A DNA stretch of 64,000 nt, from NCBI GenBank assembly GCA_010093995.1, contig ML992511.1:1144172-1208171 (forward strand), in the 5' to 3' direction. Positions 35,770-48,787 of this stretch are shown here, piece after piece; within the stretch, counting starts at the first letter, position 1; the number at the start of each line of letters is the position of its first letter. The notes under the pieces were generated by a model, which was given only the letters and a program-made list of their open reading frames with translations, was not told where the DNA came from and made no database searches. The position numbers and the translations under genes were made by a program. This DNA is from Elsinoe ampelina. Its lineage: Eukaryota.

Positions 35770-36979
35770 TCATGGCATCTCAGCAGCTTTCTCCAACCCG
35801 TCCGCCTCGACCACCTGGTGGATATCCCTCGTCATTGTGATTCCACCTACGCCTGACGAAGAACCTACCAGGCTCTCCTCGTCGCTAGCTCCGTCGTTGA
35901 CGACATGATGGGTTCCGACGGTGATGCCCTGCTTGTGCTTGGCCGCAGACATGGCGCTCATCTCGTTAACATTGCCGTTGACAGTGCCGTTGTGTGTCCC
36001 GCGATTAGTGGCGCCAGCAGTGACGGCTTGGGTGCCGCGACCGTAGCTGCCCGTGGCGGAGCGAATGCCGTAGAAGACCCTGAGGAAGAGAGGGCGGAGA
36101 GGAGGGAGGGACGAGAGAATGATGACAAGCCAAAGTTCGAGTGTGCCCCAGAGCATGAAGTGGCTGAAGTCATACGTAAGATCATCGCTATGGGCGATAT
36201 AAGGCAGCATCTTCATGCGAAGGATGACGCCGATGGTCGGAATCACACCGACGGCCATGAGGGAGCAGACGCCGAGCTTGATACGGAAAGAGGTCTGGAG
36301 GTTCCAGACGATGCTGATTGGCCATAGAGCAAGCGAGATGTCAGTAAGGGCGGCGAGGGCTGGAACAAAGAGTTAGCGCTTGACATGGAAGTTGACAAGA
36401 GATCCACAAACCGCCTTGGAAGTAAGACCAGTCGCCTGCGAGCTTGAGGCGTGGGCAGGAACCATCAAGGTAAGGAAACCAGAGCTTAGAGAGCGGTTCG
36501 CATTGGAAAAGAGACAGGAAGAATTGCACTGTGGCAGAAATTCCGATGAGGGCCCCCATGATGTAGAGGGCAATGGATCGCTTCTTGGCCGTTTTGCCTT
36601 GAATTTGCAGCAGAAGGGCGATGATGCTGTACTTGGCGAAGATTGCAGCCGGCAGGGAAGTGTACACAGAGATCCAGACCCATCTCAGCGCTTGGAAGAT
36701 CTGAGGGAAGGTGAGGTTGGCAACATGATTGCCCAAACCTTGAAGTAAAGCTATTATCATGGTAGTGGCGCTCGCCAGACCGAAGGCGAAGCCTATAGCG
36801 GCCATGATAAAGTCCATACGCCATTTCCCTGCAGTCTTGGAGGCCGAGTAAGCTCTCAAGATCATCAAGAAAGTGGCGATGGAGGCCAGGGTGATAATCA
36901 GTGACATCAACATCGGGCCAGCTCCTCCGTAGGGATTGGGTGGTGCGAGTGTCGCTGTAGAAGTGGTCGAGGACGACAT
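35770..36979 (-). CDS. PTH11-like (fungal rhodopsin-domain) integral membrane protein
   Basis: KWRMDF, GLGNH, AKYSIIALLLQI, QCEPLSKLW, intron, then WGTLELWLVIILSSLPPLRPLF. Confidence 0.85.
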
Positions 36980-37929
36980 GATGAAGAGGCCTGATAGAGG
37001 AAAGGTGAAAGAGAGAAGTTGGGTGAAGACCTAATGGACCAGAAATTACAAAACTAGGGCTTGGGGCCAGCTAAATAGACTGGTCACGAACGGAGAAGCA
37101 AGAAATGGCAAATCAACGTTACGATAGAAGCAATGAAGTGTCACTTCCACCACTGCATGAATGGCCGGAAGGAGATAGGATAGAGCATCCTTTCAATATG
37201 GTCGTATAGGCGGGTGGTCGTGTTGTAGTAACGTTTGAACGGCTATTCGTTGCACGGACAGAGCGCTGTTTGAAACAGTCCTGAAAGGTGGGGTACGCCG
37301 CATCCTTCAAAGCTAAGACAGAGTGGTGAATATGTGCCTGTGAGACACAAATTGAAGCCGAGAAGAGGTACCTGAGCCGACGGCGCCAAACAGATTCTAG
37401 CGCGTTCGGCGGCGACGCCTTCAACGTCGTAACGACCGCTTCGGCCGAGCCGTGAGGGTCGTCTCGACAATTGCGGATAAATACCAAAGTGGACGTGGCC
37501 GACGTTGAAAATATTGCTGTTCGATCAGAGAGACGTGTTTTAGTCTCGAGTTTCGAGACCAGCAAGGCGGCGTGGCGGGTGGAAGGGTCCCCTATCCAGA
37601 ATTTTAAAAGTGTCTCAGCGACAGGAACTACCAGAACTCTCTGACCGTCAGTCGTTCATCGTCTTGATGAGCAGTTACAGCCAGAATGCTGGTAGTGACG
37701 GCATACTACGATACAGTATCCGGTGCAGCGTCGAGGCTCTTCGTCGTTATCATGTGGTCTTAGAACTCGCATAGCCATTCCTTTGACGATCACTGAGCCC
37801 TATCTATGCTGACTCTAGTTGAGGCGACACGGCTTCTGACACAGTTTCAAGCCCTGAGGTATGCTTTCATCTTGGAAAATCTTGTGAGTATCCGTGTGTA
37901 AGGTTTCAGCGCGCAAGAACCAAAAATAC

Positions 37930-38218
37930 GGGATTTACTCTTTTCCCACCTCATATTTGCTAGTTACCCACCAATGAGCTTGCCCTCACTCTTTTGTGCC
38001 CCTACTCACGGTATATGCTTAACATCTGCCTAGCGGCGAGCGATCTAGCTAAGAATGTATCCGGCTTGTATGAGCGAAGCGACTTGGAGCAATTACCCTA
38101 CTATCGTACGTCGATAGAGAGGCGTAAAGGGCACAATAGAAAGTGGCTACCTGGGTCAATCGGTGGAGGTGGGTGGGTGGGTAACTAGCAAATATGAGGT
38201 GGGTAAATAGAGTCTCCC
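37930..38218. mobile_element. Non-autonomous Mutator-like MITE (289 bp)
   Basis: Ends GGGA...TCCC. Perfect 28-bp inverted repeat core CCCACCTCATATTTGCTAGTTACCCACC at 37945-37972 and 38176-38203. 9-bp flanking direct repeat CAAAAATAC (37921-37929) / TAAAAATAC (38219-38227). No coding capacity. Confidence 0.8.
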
Positions 38219-39049
38219 TAAAAATACCCGGATCTACTCCTGAATCATGTGAAGTGACAATATTGGACCGTAGATGCCTTGGTAGTAGTCAGTGCCCGGA
38301 ACACGTTGGACCATTTCTCAGCATAGCTTCATCTGAACAGTCTTTGATTTAGCCGTTGAAAGTCTATATGCTCTAAAGAGATTTCAGGTCTTCTGTTGCA
38401 TAGCGTAGATTTGGCTACGAGATTCTCACCATGGTGAAAGGTGACAAAAGCTGATATCTGGTAGTCCTCCTAGAGCCACCGCCATCATTTCGATCGCCAG
38501 GAAGAAGTCGTCGGAAATCTGGCCCAAAACGTGGATTTGATTCTGAATGACAACAAATGCCAATCGCCGACATCTTCACAGGCCGACATGTCTCTAGCCG
38601 ATGCCAGACAACGAGCGGTCGATATGTTCTGCTGTGTCCAGGCACACTGTTCTGACGGCCGCTGGTAATCACAGCCAACCGCTCAACGGACGGTTCGACC
38701 GCACTTGATAACGCTTTGCAGGACCGGCCGGCTGGAATTGAGCCAGGATTCGGCTCGCCGGTATGATTGTGACGACTGTTATTCCAATATTGAGCGACAC
38801 GGCGCGGAAACCGTTCTTCGTGGCTATAGCTCGGACTTGCCAGAGCAAGCTGGGTCAACCCCACATCACTGACACGCATGTGTTCTATATCGCACGCATA
38901 TCTGCTAGCACCGATGCATACTACCAGCACGATGTATGCCGAATGAGCGGAGCGGAGGACATATGCCAACTTGCGGTGAGACAGTATGGAGCGATACCTT
39001 GACAATGCCAAAGGCCTGCATCTCCTCCACCTCGGGACCGCACACCGTA

Positions 39050-39093
39050 CTCATCCGAGGCTCATCCGAGGCTCATTCGAGGCTCATCCGAGC
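39050..39093. repeat. Tandem repeat, 11-bp unit CTCATCCGAGG x4
   Basis: ctcatccgagg ctcatccgagg ctcattcgagg ctcatccgagc read directly. Confidence 0.85.
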
Positions 39094-39300
39094 TTGTTAT
39101 AGCCTCTCGTCTACCTGGTCTAAATGTGGACAAGCGCAACAGGATTATGGACCCCGCGGCTTACGGAACAACCATGTTCAACAGGCAACACGAGGTCTCA
39201 GAATAAGCATAGTTCAATAGTAGAGAAGAAGCCATCCGACTCATTTTTGGCTGTTTCATCTACCTAAACGCCCACCGGAACCCTGCTCCCATCTCCTCTC

Positions 39301-39588
39301 CTATCTGGTCAAGCCACAATCGACCTTTTCGTCACAAGCGATGCAAGTAAGGATATAATCCTGCACTTTATACTGAAAGCAGCCATCGAACTTGTCTTGG
39401 CCGAGCTTGTCGAAGACGCAGATGCCCTGGTAGTCGTAGTTGCTGAACCACTTGCCCTTGGCGACATAGCAACACTTCTCAGCCGAGTCCACACGTGTCA
39501 CGGGTCCACCGACGACACATGCTTCACCAGCCACTAGGGTCGCGAAGATAGATGAAAGGATGATGCTGAACGTAATTGAAAGCTGCAT
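39301..39588 (-). CDS. Small secreted cysteine-rich protein (95 aa, 8 Cys)
   Basis: MQLSITFSIILSSIFATLVAG signal-like peptide. Mature part has the pattern C..CC..C..C..CxxC..C. Single exon. Confidence 0.75.
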   Translation of the reverse strand: MQLSITFSIILSSIFATLVAGEACVVGGPVTRVDSAEKCCYVAKGKWFSNYDYQGICVFDKLGQDKFDGCFQYKVQDYILTCIACDEKVDCGLTR

Positions 39589-41120
39589 CTTGAGTGATAG
39601 TCTGGTCGTCGGGTATGCTGTGATCTGGATTAGCTCGGCCAAAGATCGAGATTGGGCTAGTTCACATCTCTGACAGTGGCAATGGCTCCCTCGATGCAGA
39701 AGACCTTGTCCGTGCGATTGATGGTTCTTGGTCTAGGAATTTTGCTTGCTGGAATGGACTTCTCTGGAGATACTTATGCGATTTTCCAACATGCTCAGAA
39801 CGATATCGCTTGCCACCGTAGAAAAGTCTAGATAACTACATGCCCTCCTGTAGTCCCCTCCATTCGCTGTCAAAGACATCTCGCCGGCCGCCACGACCGT
39901 CCCCGCTTCTTGGGATTGCTGAAAGGGAATGACTAGAATTCTTCCGCCTTGGATCGGGTCATGCAGACAATGGTAGCTTCTACAGACCGCCACGACCATT
40001 GATTGACCGGCTATGCATGTACCTGCAGAGTTCAGGCCCGTTAATGCAGGGAAAGCAGCGTGGTAGGAACAGAGGAGGGGAACAGGAACAGGGCTAGATC
40101 TGCATCGGGCAAGTCGGCGTGCTTCCTTCGCTTAGCCAGGCCATCCGGGCAACGGACCCGATTGTGACTTCATCTATTATGAAAACTCAGCTTCGCGCTT
40201 TCATTTCCAATCATGCGACGTTCTTTATCTTCACCCATACCAAGATGCAGGTATAGAATTTACTCAAGTCACAAGGTCAGCGCCATGGAATATGCAGGGG
40301 TTATGGCTTCTTCTTGGAAACGCCCTCCAGTTGGACCCTGCTGGTAAGTTCTATTGTGCTTCGAATTGGCTGAATACGGACGATACTCAGCCGAGGAGAT
40401 CGTGCAAGATCAGATGATTCTGGCTATACAGGTAAACCCCACAAGGTACACCAACCACAGCGATCGACCAAAAGTCTGGGGATTTGTCGATCTCCACGGC
40501 TACCAATCTGGACTTTTCTGGGCAACCCGGTAGCTTGATACCGTCGTCCTGGCACACTGCAGAAGGGCGATAGTGTGTGACAGACTTCATCCATCGCGGT
40601 TGAAGCGCCGAGTCTGCAATCTACCCGCATGGTATTGCCCTCGTGGCCAGATCAATGCATGAACCCTCGGTACAAACTTTCAGTAAGAGGTACAATTCTT
40701 CCGCTTCTCAATCTATCCGTATCGGAGCTCTGCATTAGACCGCTTCTCTACCACTGTTGAGTCTAATATGACCGAGGCATGGGCCTCTTGCGAGCGCCAC
40801 CAGCACATCTATCTCGCCTTCAGCCAGCGACGAGAGGGGTATACGGCTATACACGGACGCAAGAGACTCTTGCTTCGCACCATCAGGGATACGCTTCGAG
40901 CGAAACGAGACCGGTAGCTGCGGGACCGACTGGGATGAAGTCAACGCTGGTAGCGATGAGATGTCCAAGGATCCGGTCGGAGGCCATCGTACGGTCGGTC
41001 AGGGCGACAAGGGAAGGTATATAAAGGGCCTGATGTCCTGCTGGTGGCAAAGATCGACAGAGATCACCGACCAGAACACTTGTCTTCAATCTACCACGTC
41101 GATCTAGACCGCTGATCATC

Positions 41121-41865
41121 ATGCGTTTCTCCGTCCTTGCCCTTCCAGCACTCGTTGCTGCTGCACCAGCTGCAAGTCCAGCCGTCTGGGCCGACCCAAA
41201 TGCCCCGGATCCAACACAGGTGCAGATGACTGGTGTAAGTTGCCCATCTACCTGCCTCAACATGTTTACCTGTCGATCAGAACATGTGCTGAACATCCTA
41301 GCTCACCTATGGTGGTACTGGATGTCCCCAGGGCACCGTCGCCTCTGTCCTCTCGAATGACCGCACCTACATGACCCTGATCTTCGACTCTTACGTCGCT
41401 GCTCTTGGTCCATCCACCTCCATCCTCGAGAACCGCAAGAATTGCCAGCTCAACGTCGGTCTCCGCTACCCAGGTGGCTTCCAGTACTCGGTCTTCTCCG
41501 CCGACTACCGTGGCTACGCTGCCCTCGACAAGGGTGTTACTGGCACCCAGAAGTCTACTTACTACTTCTCTGGCCAGAGTCAGCAGACCAGCACCCAGAC
41601 CGACTTCTATGGTCCCATGAGCAAGGACTACCTGATCCACGACGAGGCTGAGGTTACCTCCACCATCTGGTAGGAGTATATGAATTTGAGGCAGGTATAC
41701 AAACTTACATATTGCAGGTCCCCTTGCGGTGCTCAGGGTCTCCTCAACATCAACTCCCAGGTCAGGCTTACCAGCACGGATTCCAAGGCCAAAGGTGTCT
41801 TGACCACCGACTCCATTGACACCAAGTTCACCCAGAAGATCTACTACAAGTGGAGGAAGTGCTAG
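41121..41865 (+). CDS. Secreted DUF4360-family protein
   Basis: Signal peptide MRFSVLALPALVAA, then YGGTGCPQGT, MTLIFDSYVA, RKNCQLNVGLRYPGGFQYSVFSADYRGYA, WSPCG. Two introns. TATATAA upstream near 41018. Confidence 0.88.
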
Positions 41866-42520
41866 AGGGTCGCAGTCGACACCCTTCTATCCAGAAACAG
41901 CATAGTCTTTTCACTCCTTCAGTACTTGATTTTCTGTCTATAGTTCCAATGGAAATCTTGCATGTCCCAACGCTCACAATACTTTCGCGAGCCCGAGTTT
42001 GCATGCCTGTGCCTCGACAAATTTGAGGACCAGCAATCATTGGCTGAACTAGGTGACCAGTGATAGCACACAAATGCTTGATATGTTCCTCATGCTCGAG
42101 CAAAGTGAGGTGTAGTAGTCAGCTTCAGGCCTACCATGACATATGTAAATGGGTCCTTGAGTTGCTCGTTCATCCATCAAAGGCACCATGTGGTCCAGTC
42201 TCGCAGAAGAAGGCATCAGCTACAAGATGCATCGATTTGTGGAGGTCCTTAGGCATGTCTCATCCCTGTCTTTTCAACGCGCGGAAGGCTCTCCCTTTCC
42301 TATCGTTATCATTCCCGGCCCGGGATTTGATGCGAAGACGTGATCGCTCGACACTGGAGAACCACAGCCCTAGCGGATTGCACCATTCAATCAGTAAATC
42401 ATGATTGGCGAACCCCTATGGACGTGGCCCAACATGCAATCACAGTCAAAAGGAGTACAGCCTCCAGCGTTTACGCGTACGTGTTGTAGGTACACTGACT
42501 GACCTTCTCGGTCTTCAAGT

Positions 42521-44441
42521 ATGGGTCAAAACGTTGAGGAAGCCAATGCTGTCACCTCTGGCATTGCAAAAAATACGAATGGACTGACGTACGGAGCTAG
42601 ACATGTCAATGGCAGCAAGCATGATAGTGTGCGAACATCGACTGTAGAGCTGCTGGACCCAGAAGTCCACACAGCCAACCTAGGATCCTCCTACCCCAAG
42701 TCGAAGTTGAAGCTGGAAGATCGCTTCATTGACGATGCTCGGCCTCTACGAATCACAGTAATAGGTGCAGGTCTTGCTGGCATCACTGCTGGCATACTGT
42801 TGCCGATCAAAGTGCCCAACATCCAGCTCACGATCTTGGAGAAGAACGAGGACGTGGTATGTCGTACATGATTCAAGCATAACGATACGTACTGACCCAC
42901 AGCAGAGCGGCACATGGCTCGAGAACATCTATCCTGGTGTCAGATGCGACATAACTGCTCATGTCTACCAGTCGACTTTTGATCCTCGCACCCAATGGTC
43001 TGAGAAGTTCGCACAGGGACAAGAGATTCGGGAATACTGGCAGGGACTAGCTCGGAAATACAATGTATACAAGTTGGTCAAGCTCAGTCGAAAGGTCATT
43101 GGGCTGAATTGGGACAAGTCGGCGTCTGTGTGGAAAGTCAAGGTTCAGGACACGAAAACCGGTCAGGTCGACGAGGAGGAGGCCGACTTTGTGCTGCCAG
43201 CTTTAGGTCGATTCAATGCGTGGAAGCTACCACACTACCCTGGCATAGAGGACTTTAAGGGATTGCTCCGCCACACCTCCAATTGGGACAAATCATTCGA
43301 TCCCAAGGATAAGAATGTGGCAGTCATTGGAAATGGTGCCAGTGGTATTCAAGTCGTACCAAATCTTCAAAGAGTCTCGAAGCGGGTGGATCACTACGCC
43401 CGATCACGAACGTGGATAGCCACGACATGGGCCGGAGATGCTCGCACATTTGAGGCTCAACCGTACACACCTGAGCAGCTGAAAGAATTCGAGGACCCGG
43501 CAAAGTACTTGAAATTCAGGAAAGAGCTGGAAGCCCAGTATTGGCGAGGCTCGCCTGCATTGCTCGCTGGCAGCGTAGCGAACAGAGCAAAGCGCGAGGA
43601 ATACATCAATGTACTCAAGCAGCGAACGACGAAGAAGCCTGAGCTGGTGAACAACCTGATACCAGACTTTAGTCCAAACTGCCGACGTCTAACACCGGGA
43701 CCTGGCTATCTTGAAGCTCTCGCCGAAGACAACGTCGAGCTCATCCAGACAGCGATCAAAAGAATCACGCCCACTGGCATCGAGACTGAAGATGGCAAGC
43801 ACAGAGAGGTAGATGCTATTCTCTGCGCAACTGGTGCGAATGTAGATATGGTCCCACCTTTTCCCATCACAGCAAATGGCTTGGATCTGAGAGAGGCATG
43901 GAGACCTGGTGGAAAGTACGGCTGGCCACACAGCTATCTCGGTCTCGCTGTACCTGAGTTTCCGAATCTCCTACTTGTTCATGGCCCTCACGGTACTGGT
44001 CCCAGTGGTACCGTGCCTCACGCAGTCGAAGTACAGCTCACGTACTACGCCAAAGTCCTCCGCAAAGTCAGCACTCAAGGCATCAAGACAATTACTCCAT
44101 CGAAGAAGGCTACAGACGACTTCGTTGAATATGCGGACGCCTTCTTTCCCAAGACTGTCTTCGCAGACAAGTGCAGCAGTTGGTACAATGGAGGCAAAGC
44201 TGGTGCCCGTATTCATGGGATCTGGCCTGGTAGTGCAGCTCATGTCACGATTGTACGAAGAGAGCCGAGATGGGAGGATTGGGAATATGAACATATCACA
44301 AACACTGGCAACCGCTTTGCCTACTTTGGCAATGGTTTCACGAGGCAAGAGCAGGATGAGAACTATGATATTACAGGATATCTCAAGCTACCCGGGCAAG
44401 ATCTAAGGGACTTGCACGAGAGGTGGTGGGATTTGCCATGA
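42521..44441 (+). CDS. Class B flavin monooxygenase (BVMO-like, StcW/MoxY-type)
   Basis: First Rossmann VIGAGLAG, GTWLENIYPGVRCD, BVMO fingerprint FKGLLRHTSNW (FxGxxxHxxxW), second Rossmann VIGNGASGIQ, CRRLTPG, CATG, CSSWY. One intron near 42857-42906. Confidence 0.92.
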
Positions 44442-45221
44442 GTCAGAGCCTGCTAGACACGCCCGCTCAAGATGAGAAGACCTTTGCAATGCACAGCAGC
44501 TCGAGTATCATTGCTCGAATAGCCTGCGGGCCAAACTCCGATGTCAATGCGTCCAGGGGTCCCTTCCATGCACGTATCAAGCTTTTCCATACACTTCCAA
44601 CCGCATGGCAATTCTCACGTGGCCGACGAAAGCACATGCATACGGATCTCACCGGTCGACGAATTATTCCCAGGCCAATTGTTGTCCGATCTCGGATGTT
44701 CCGATTACCCCCAAAATGCGTGGAAAACCTGCCCTAGTATCCCGCATTGATGCGCAACTATGGCGTGCTCCCCAGCAAATGGAAGTCTCCACTCCGACCT
44801 CCACTACTGCAACGCAAGCTTTGAAGACTGAGAGGTCCGATGAAACATTTCTGCTTATCGTCCTGGGAAATACGTGAGGGGCAGAGAATTTCTGTGCTGT
44901 TGCCATGCCGCCATTGATGATGCGATCGGACTGAAGACTGGATGTGGCCAAGGGGAGATGGTCGGGAACTGAGGCAGGGACTTGACTACGATTCAACGTG
45001 AGATGCTAGAGAGCGTGAGCAGGGTATATGAATGTGGCATGATTGTCGAATGGGTAAGTACACACTTGTGGTCACTTCGGTGGTCGATTGGAAGTTCTTT
45101 CATTGTCACCGTTTCTCTATCTTCCGGCCTCGACGCATACACCACTCCACAGTCCTAATACTACCACAACATTCAATCACACCAAGGTCCATCTGCTACG
45201 TTGCCGTCCCTGTCGCCCGTC

Positions 45222-46756
45222 ATGCCGGAATCATACATCATCGACGACATCCGAGGACCTCCTCCGAAGGATCAGAGACACCCGGTCAAATGGTACAGAA
45301 GCACACTCTTCAATGCAACCATTCTGGGTATCTGTAACTTCTCTGCGCCAGGGATATGGGGAGCGTGAGTTGTACCTTCGCATAAAAGCTGTGGTAGAAC
45401 CTGACAGGGCACAGCATGAACAGCTTGGGAGCCGGTGGCGCTCAAAAGCCTTACCTGGTCAACACCGCCAACGCCCTGACTTTTTGTCTCATGGTGGTCT
45501 CTTGCTACTTTAGTAGTGCAATCGTACACTATATTGGCATCAAGAACGCTCTTATCGTCGGCACATTGGGATATGGTACGCCATTAGCGTGGACGTATCA
45601 TGGATTACACTAATATTCCCTAGCACCATACGCCGCCGGCCTCTACACCAACAACCGCTTCGGCACAGAATGGTCCGTCCTCCTCGGCGCCGCCTTATGC
45701 GGCCTATCAGCAGGCATCTTCTGGATGGCCGAAGCCGCCATAGCCATCGCCTACCCAGAACCCTACAACAGAGGCAAAGTCCTCGGCTACTGGCTCACCT
45801 ACCGGCTCTTCGGCCAGATCCTCGGCGGCGCCATCAACCTAGGCCTCAACGCCGACCGCAACGAAGCCGGGAAAGTATCCTACACCGTCTACCTCATCTT
45901 CATCGCGCTGCAATGTCTCGGTCCCTTCGTCGCTCTCTTCCTCAACAAGCCCGAACAAGTCCAACGCACCGACGGCCGCAAAGTCGAGTTGTCCATCCTT
46001 AATAACCCGTGGTTCGAGATCCGTCAGACCACCAAGCTGTTCTTCACAAAGCGATTCCTCCTCGTGCTCCTCTTCATCGGACAGGCGGTCTACTCCGAAG
46101 CCGTCTTCTTCACCTACCTCTCGCTGTGGTTCTCGGTACGTGCCCGCGCTCTCGGCTCGTTCCTCTCCGGCATCATCGCCGTGACATGCGGCAACATCCT
46201 CGGGAACTGGCTCGACCGGACCAAAGTGCCCCTCAAGACTCGCTCGAGGTACGCTTTCGGCATCATCGTCGTGCTGCAGGGCGCCTGGTGGATCTGGGCT
46301 ACCGTGCTGGTGACCAAGTTCCGTCAGACCCAGCCGACGTATGATTGGGCTTCGGCTGGGTTCGGGCATGCTTTTGCGCCGTATATCTTCCTCTGCGCTG
46401 GGTTTCAGATGAATTACCTCTTCTTGTACTTTATCATTTCGAATTTGGCGACGGATTCGGCCGAGGTGATCCGGTATGCGGCCTTGTTGAGGGGGACGGA
46501 GTCGGCGTGGCAGGCGGTCAGTTATGGGTTGAACTCGATTGTTATTATTGCTGAGGTGGGTGGGGTGTACATCAATTTTGGGCTGTGGGCGGTTAGCTTG
46601 TACCCTGCTTGGTTGGTTTTGAGGACTTTCGGGACTGAGGCGCAGAAGTCAGTCGAGAATGGGAGTGACACGGATCTGGATCAGAAGGTACTTGGGGACG
46701 GGTTTGTGGGTGGTGAGGCGAAGGGGGCCAACAGTGTCAGCTCGGAGGTGAAGTAG
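45222..46756 (+). CDS. UNC-93-like (DUF895) MFS membrane transporter
   Basis: Exon 1 MPESYIIDD...KWYRSTLFNATILGICNFSAPGIWGA, then MNSLGAGG, AGIFWMAEAAIAIAYPEP, RTDG, FSVRARALGSF, LLRGTESAWQAVSYG. Many TM segments. Confidence 0.88.
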
Positions 46757-46963
46757 ATGGAATCCGCAGTGGGTATTATCAGGTTATAGAGGAGGTTCAC
46801 TTGAGATATCGATTTAGTCGGTGGGTGATAGTATTGGTATAGACGAATGTATCAAGTGCTCTGCCACTCTCAGCCTTGGAAACGTCATGCGCAGAAAGAT
46901 TGAGAGTTCTGTCGATCTATCAAGTATATAATCTGATACTCGAGAAGTGGGATTCATTTCGTA

Positions 46964-48223
46964 TCACCGGATGCGCGCGACGAGTCTCCCACCACTGATC
47001 TCGCCTTTCCGCATTCGATCCAAACCATCGTTGACCCCTTCTAAGCCGTCGACTACGCCAAGTATCCGTGGCGGTACGACAAGACTTTCCTTCAGCAGCC
47101 TCTCCAGCCACAAAACTAGCGCCTCTCCGACCTCCGGCACCTCATGAAACAGCTTGACTGGCACGCTGTGATGATGTGCACCAGTGACATGCTTTGGTAA
47201 CCCGGTCAACCCAGTGAGATGCGACCCTCTGATCTCAGATGTCTTATCCGCTGCGTCAGAAGGTGGTGTGCCCGGCGGCGTCGGATCCGTCACTCCATTT
47301 GCTTTGGCATCATGGCTTTGGAGACACTGCGCTAGATATTCAGAGGTTGTTTTGCCAACGACATCAATAGCGAAACGTAAGCTGCCGCCAGTGACTGATC
47401 TGACAATCTCTATCGCCCTTTCGGGATCGTGCGAGTCTACCACAAAGTCCGCCTTGAAGGCAGGATCAGTGGCTAGGGTGTTCGCATGTTTCCGCACATC
47501 GAGGACGATGATAGTCCGTAGTCCGGCAAGGCGGGCTAGTTGATTGATGATGAATGCGCAGGTCGACGAACCGCCCCAGATCGCAAGCCAGTCGCCTTCC
47601 CGCGGTCGATCGTAGGATGAGATACCTTCTACACATTCCTCTCTGACATCCTTTGGTAGCCGCGCTGAGTCGATCCTCCGAACAAGGTTGACAAGATCTG
47701 GGCCACCGCTGATGGGGGAGAAGTCCAAGCCGGTGCACACTCCAAGCGCAAGAGCGCCGGTGACGAATGCGACACCGATTGCTGCACCTTGCTCCGACGG
47801 TACTGATTGAGGAAGTCTGACGAGATTGAAGTGGCTTGAGATTGCATACTCCTGGTAGGTCGCCTTGCGAAGATCTCGGTAGTCTGTTGATATGAGAGCG
47901 ACTCTATCGCCCAGCTTTAATCGTTTGTTCGTTGATGCAGGGACAGTGACATGTCCGACAAGTTCTCTTCCGGGTATGTAAGGTAGTACCGGTATGCCAA
48001 AGCCATAATCACTGCATGCTGAGTCAGGACTCTGAACGAGAGGAGATGTATTTGCCACTCACGGTGCCTTCCAGTCTATCGGGTTCAGACCAATCACTTC
48101 CGTCTTTACAAGGACTTCATGTTCATGCTGGATAGCAGGAATCGATTGATCATGCTCTAGAACATACTTTTGACGAATGGCTGGTAGAGAGAGTACTCTC
48201 TGCGTTTGTGGTATAGAGGCCAT
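46964..48223 (-). CDS. MDR-superfamily (GroES-like) NAD(P)H oxidoreductase, enoyl-reductase/ToxD-like
   Basis: VIGLNPIDWKAP|DYGFG, PYIPGRELVG, YQEY, IWGGSSTCA, KGEISGGRLV. No obvious catalytic Zn cysteine set. One intron near 48010-48063. Confidence 0.88.
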
Positions 48224-48787
48224 GCCTGTAGTTAATGTGATGGTCAAAACATCAGAAATGCAGACACCAAGTCCAAAGGTCGATAGATTAGCGACCAATC
48301 CGAACGCGAGAAAACATCATCGTACATGAAAGATACTTCCTGAGCAGTACTCCTCACTTTCGAGCCCGCGGGCATCTCCTGTCCAGCGATACCGGCCTCG
48401 TTGGGCAGGACTCACGGATATTGGTTCACAAGAAACATTCGCAATTTGGGGCTGGATGCACGTTGACGCAAGCGTCCCACTCGTCGGGAATGGGAGATGT
48501 GATGGCGACGGATGCAGTGGTGATGGAAACGTAAGAGAGGAGATTCGGCCTGTGAGAGATGTCGTTGATGTCCCGAAGTGGTCTAGCGTCATGGCGTGAC
48601 AGCAGCTCGAATTTCACCATCCCTCATCAAACCTGGAATGTTATTCTTGCGATACAACGGCGAGATGTAAATTACCAGATCACCAGTCCTGCCTTGGAGA
48701 CAGTGAGGGGTGCCATGTTTCCTGCTTTGAACGTCTCTGCAGCTTGAGCCCAAACCCAGTTGAGCATATCGATCACTACCAGCAGTC

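Noticed and set aside
38415..39011. 198-aa minus-strand ORF
   Set aside because: Non-ATG start, no motifs, composition resembles random sequence.
39050..39093. Short repeat array considered as CRISPR-like
   Set aside because: Eukaryotic context, 11-bp units with no spacers. It is a simple minisatellite.
39733..40968. Several short ORFs that might be a gene relic
   Set aside because: No recognisable family and no consistent frame. Needs BLASTX.
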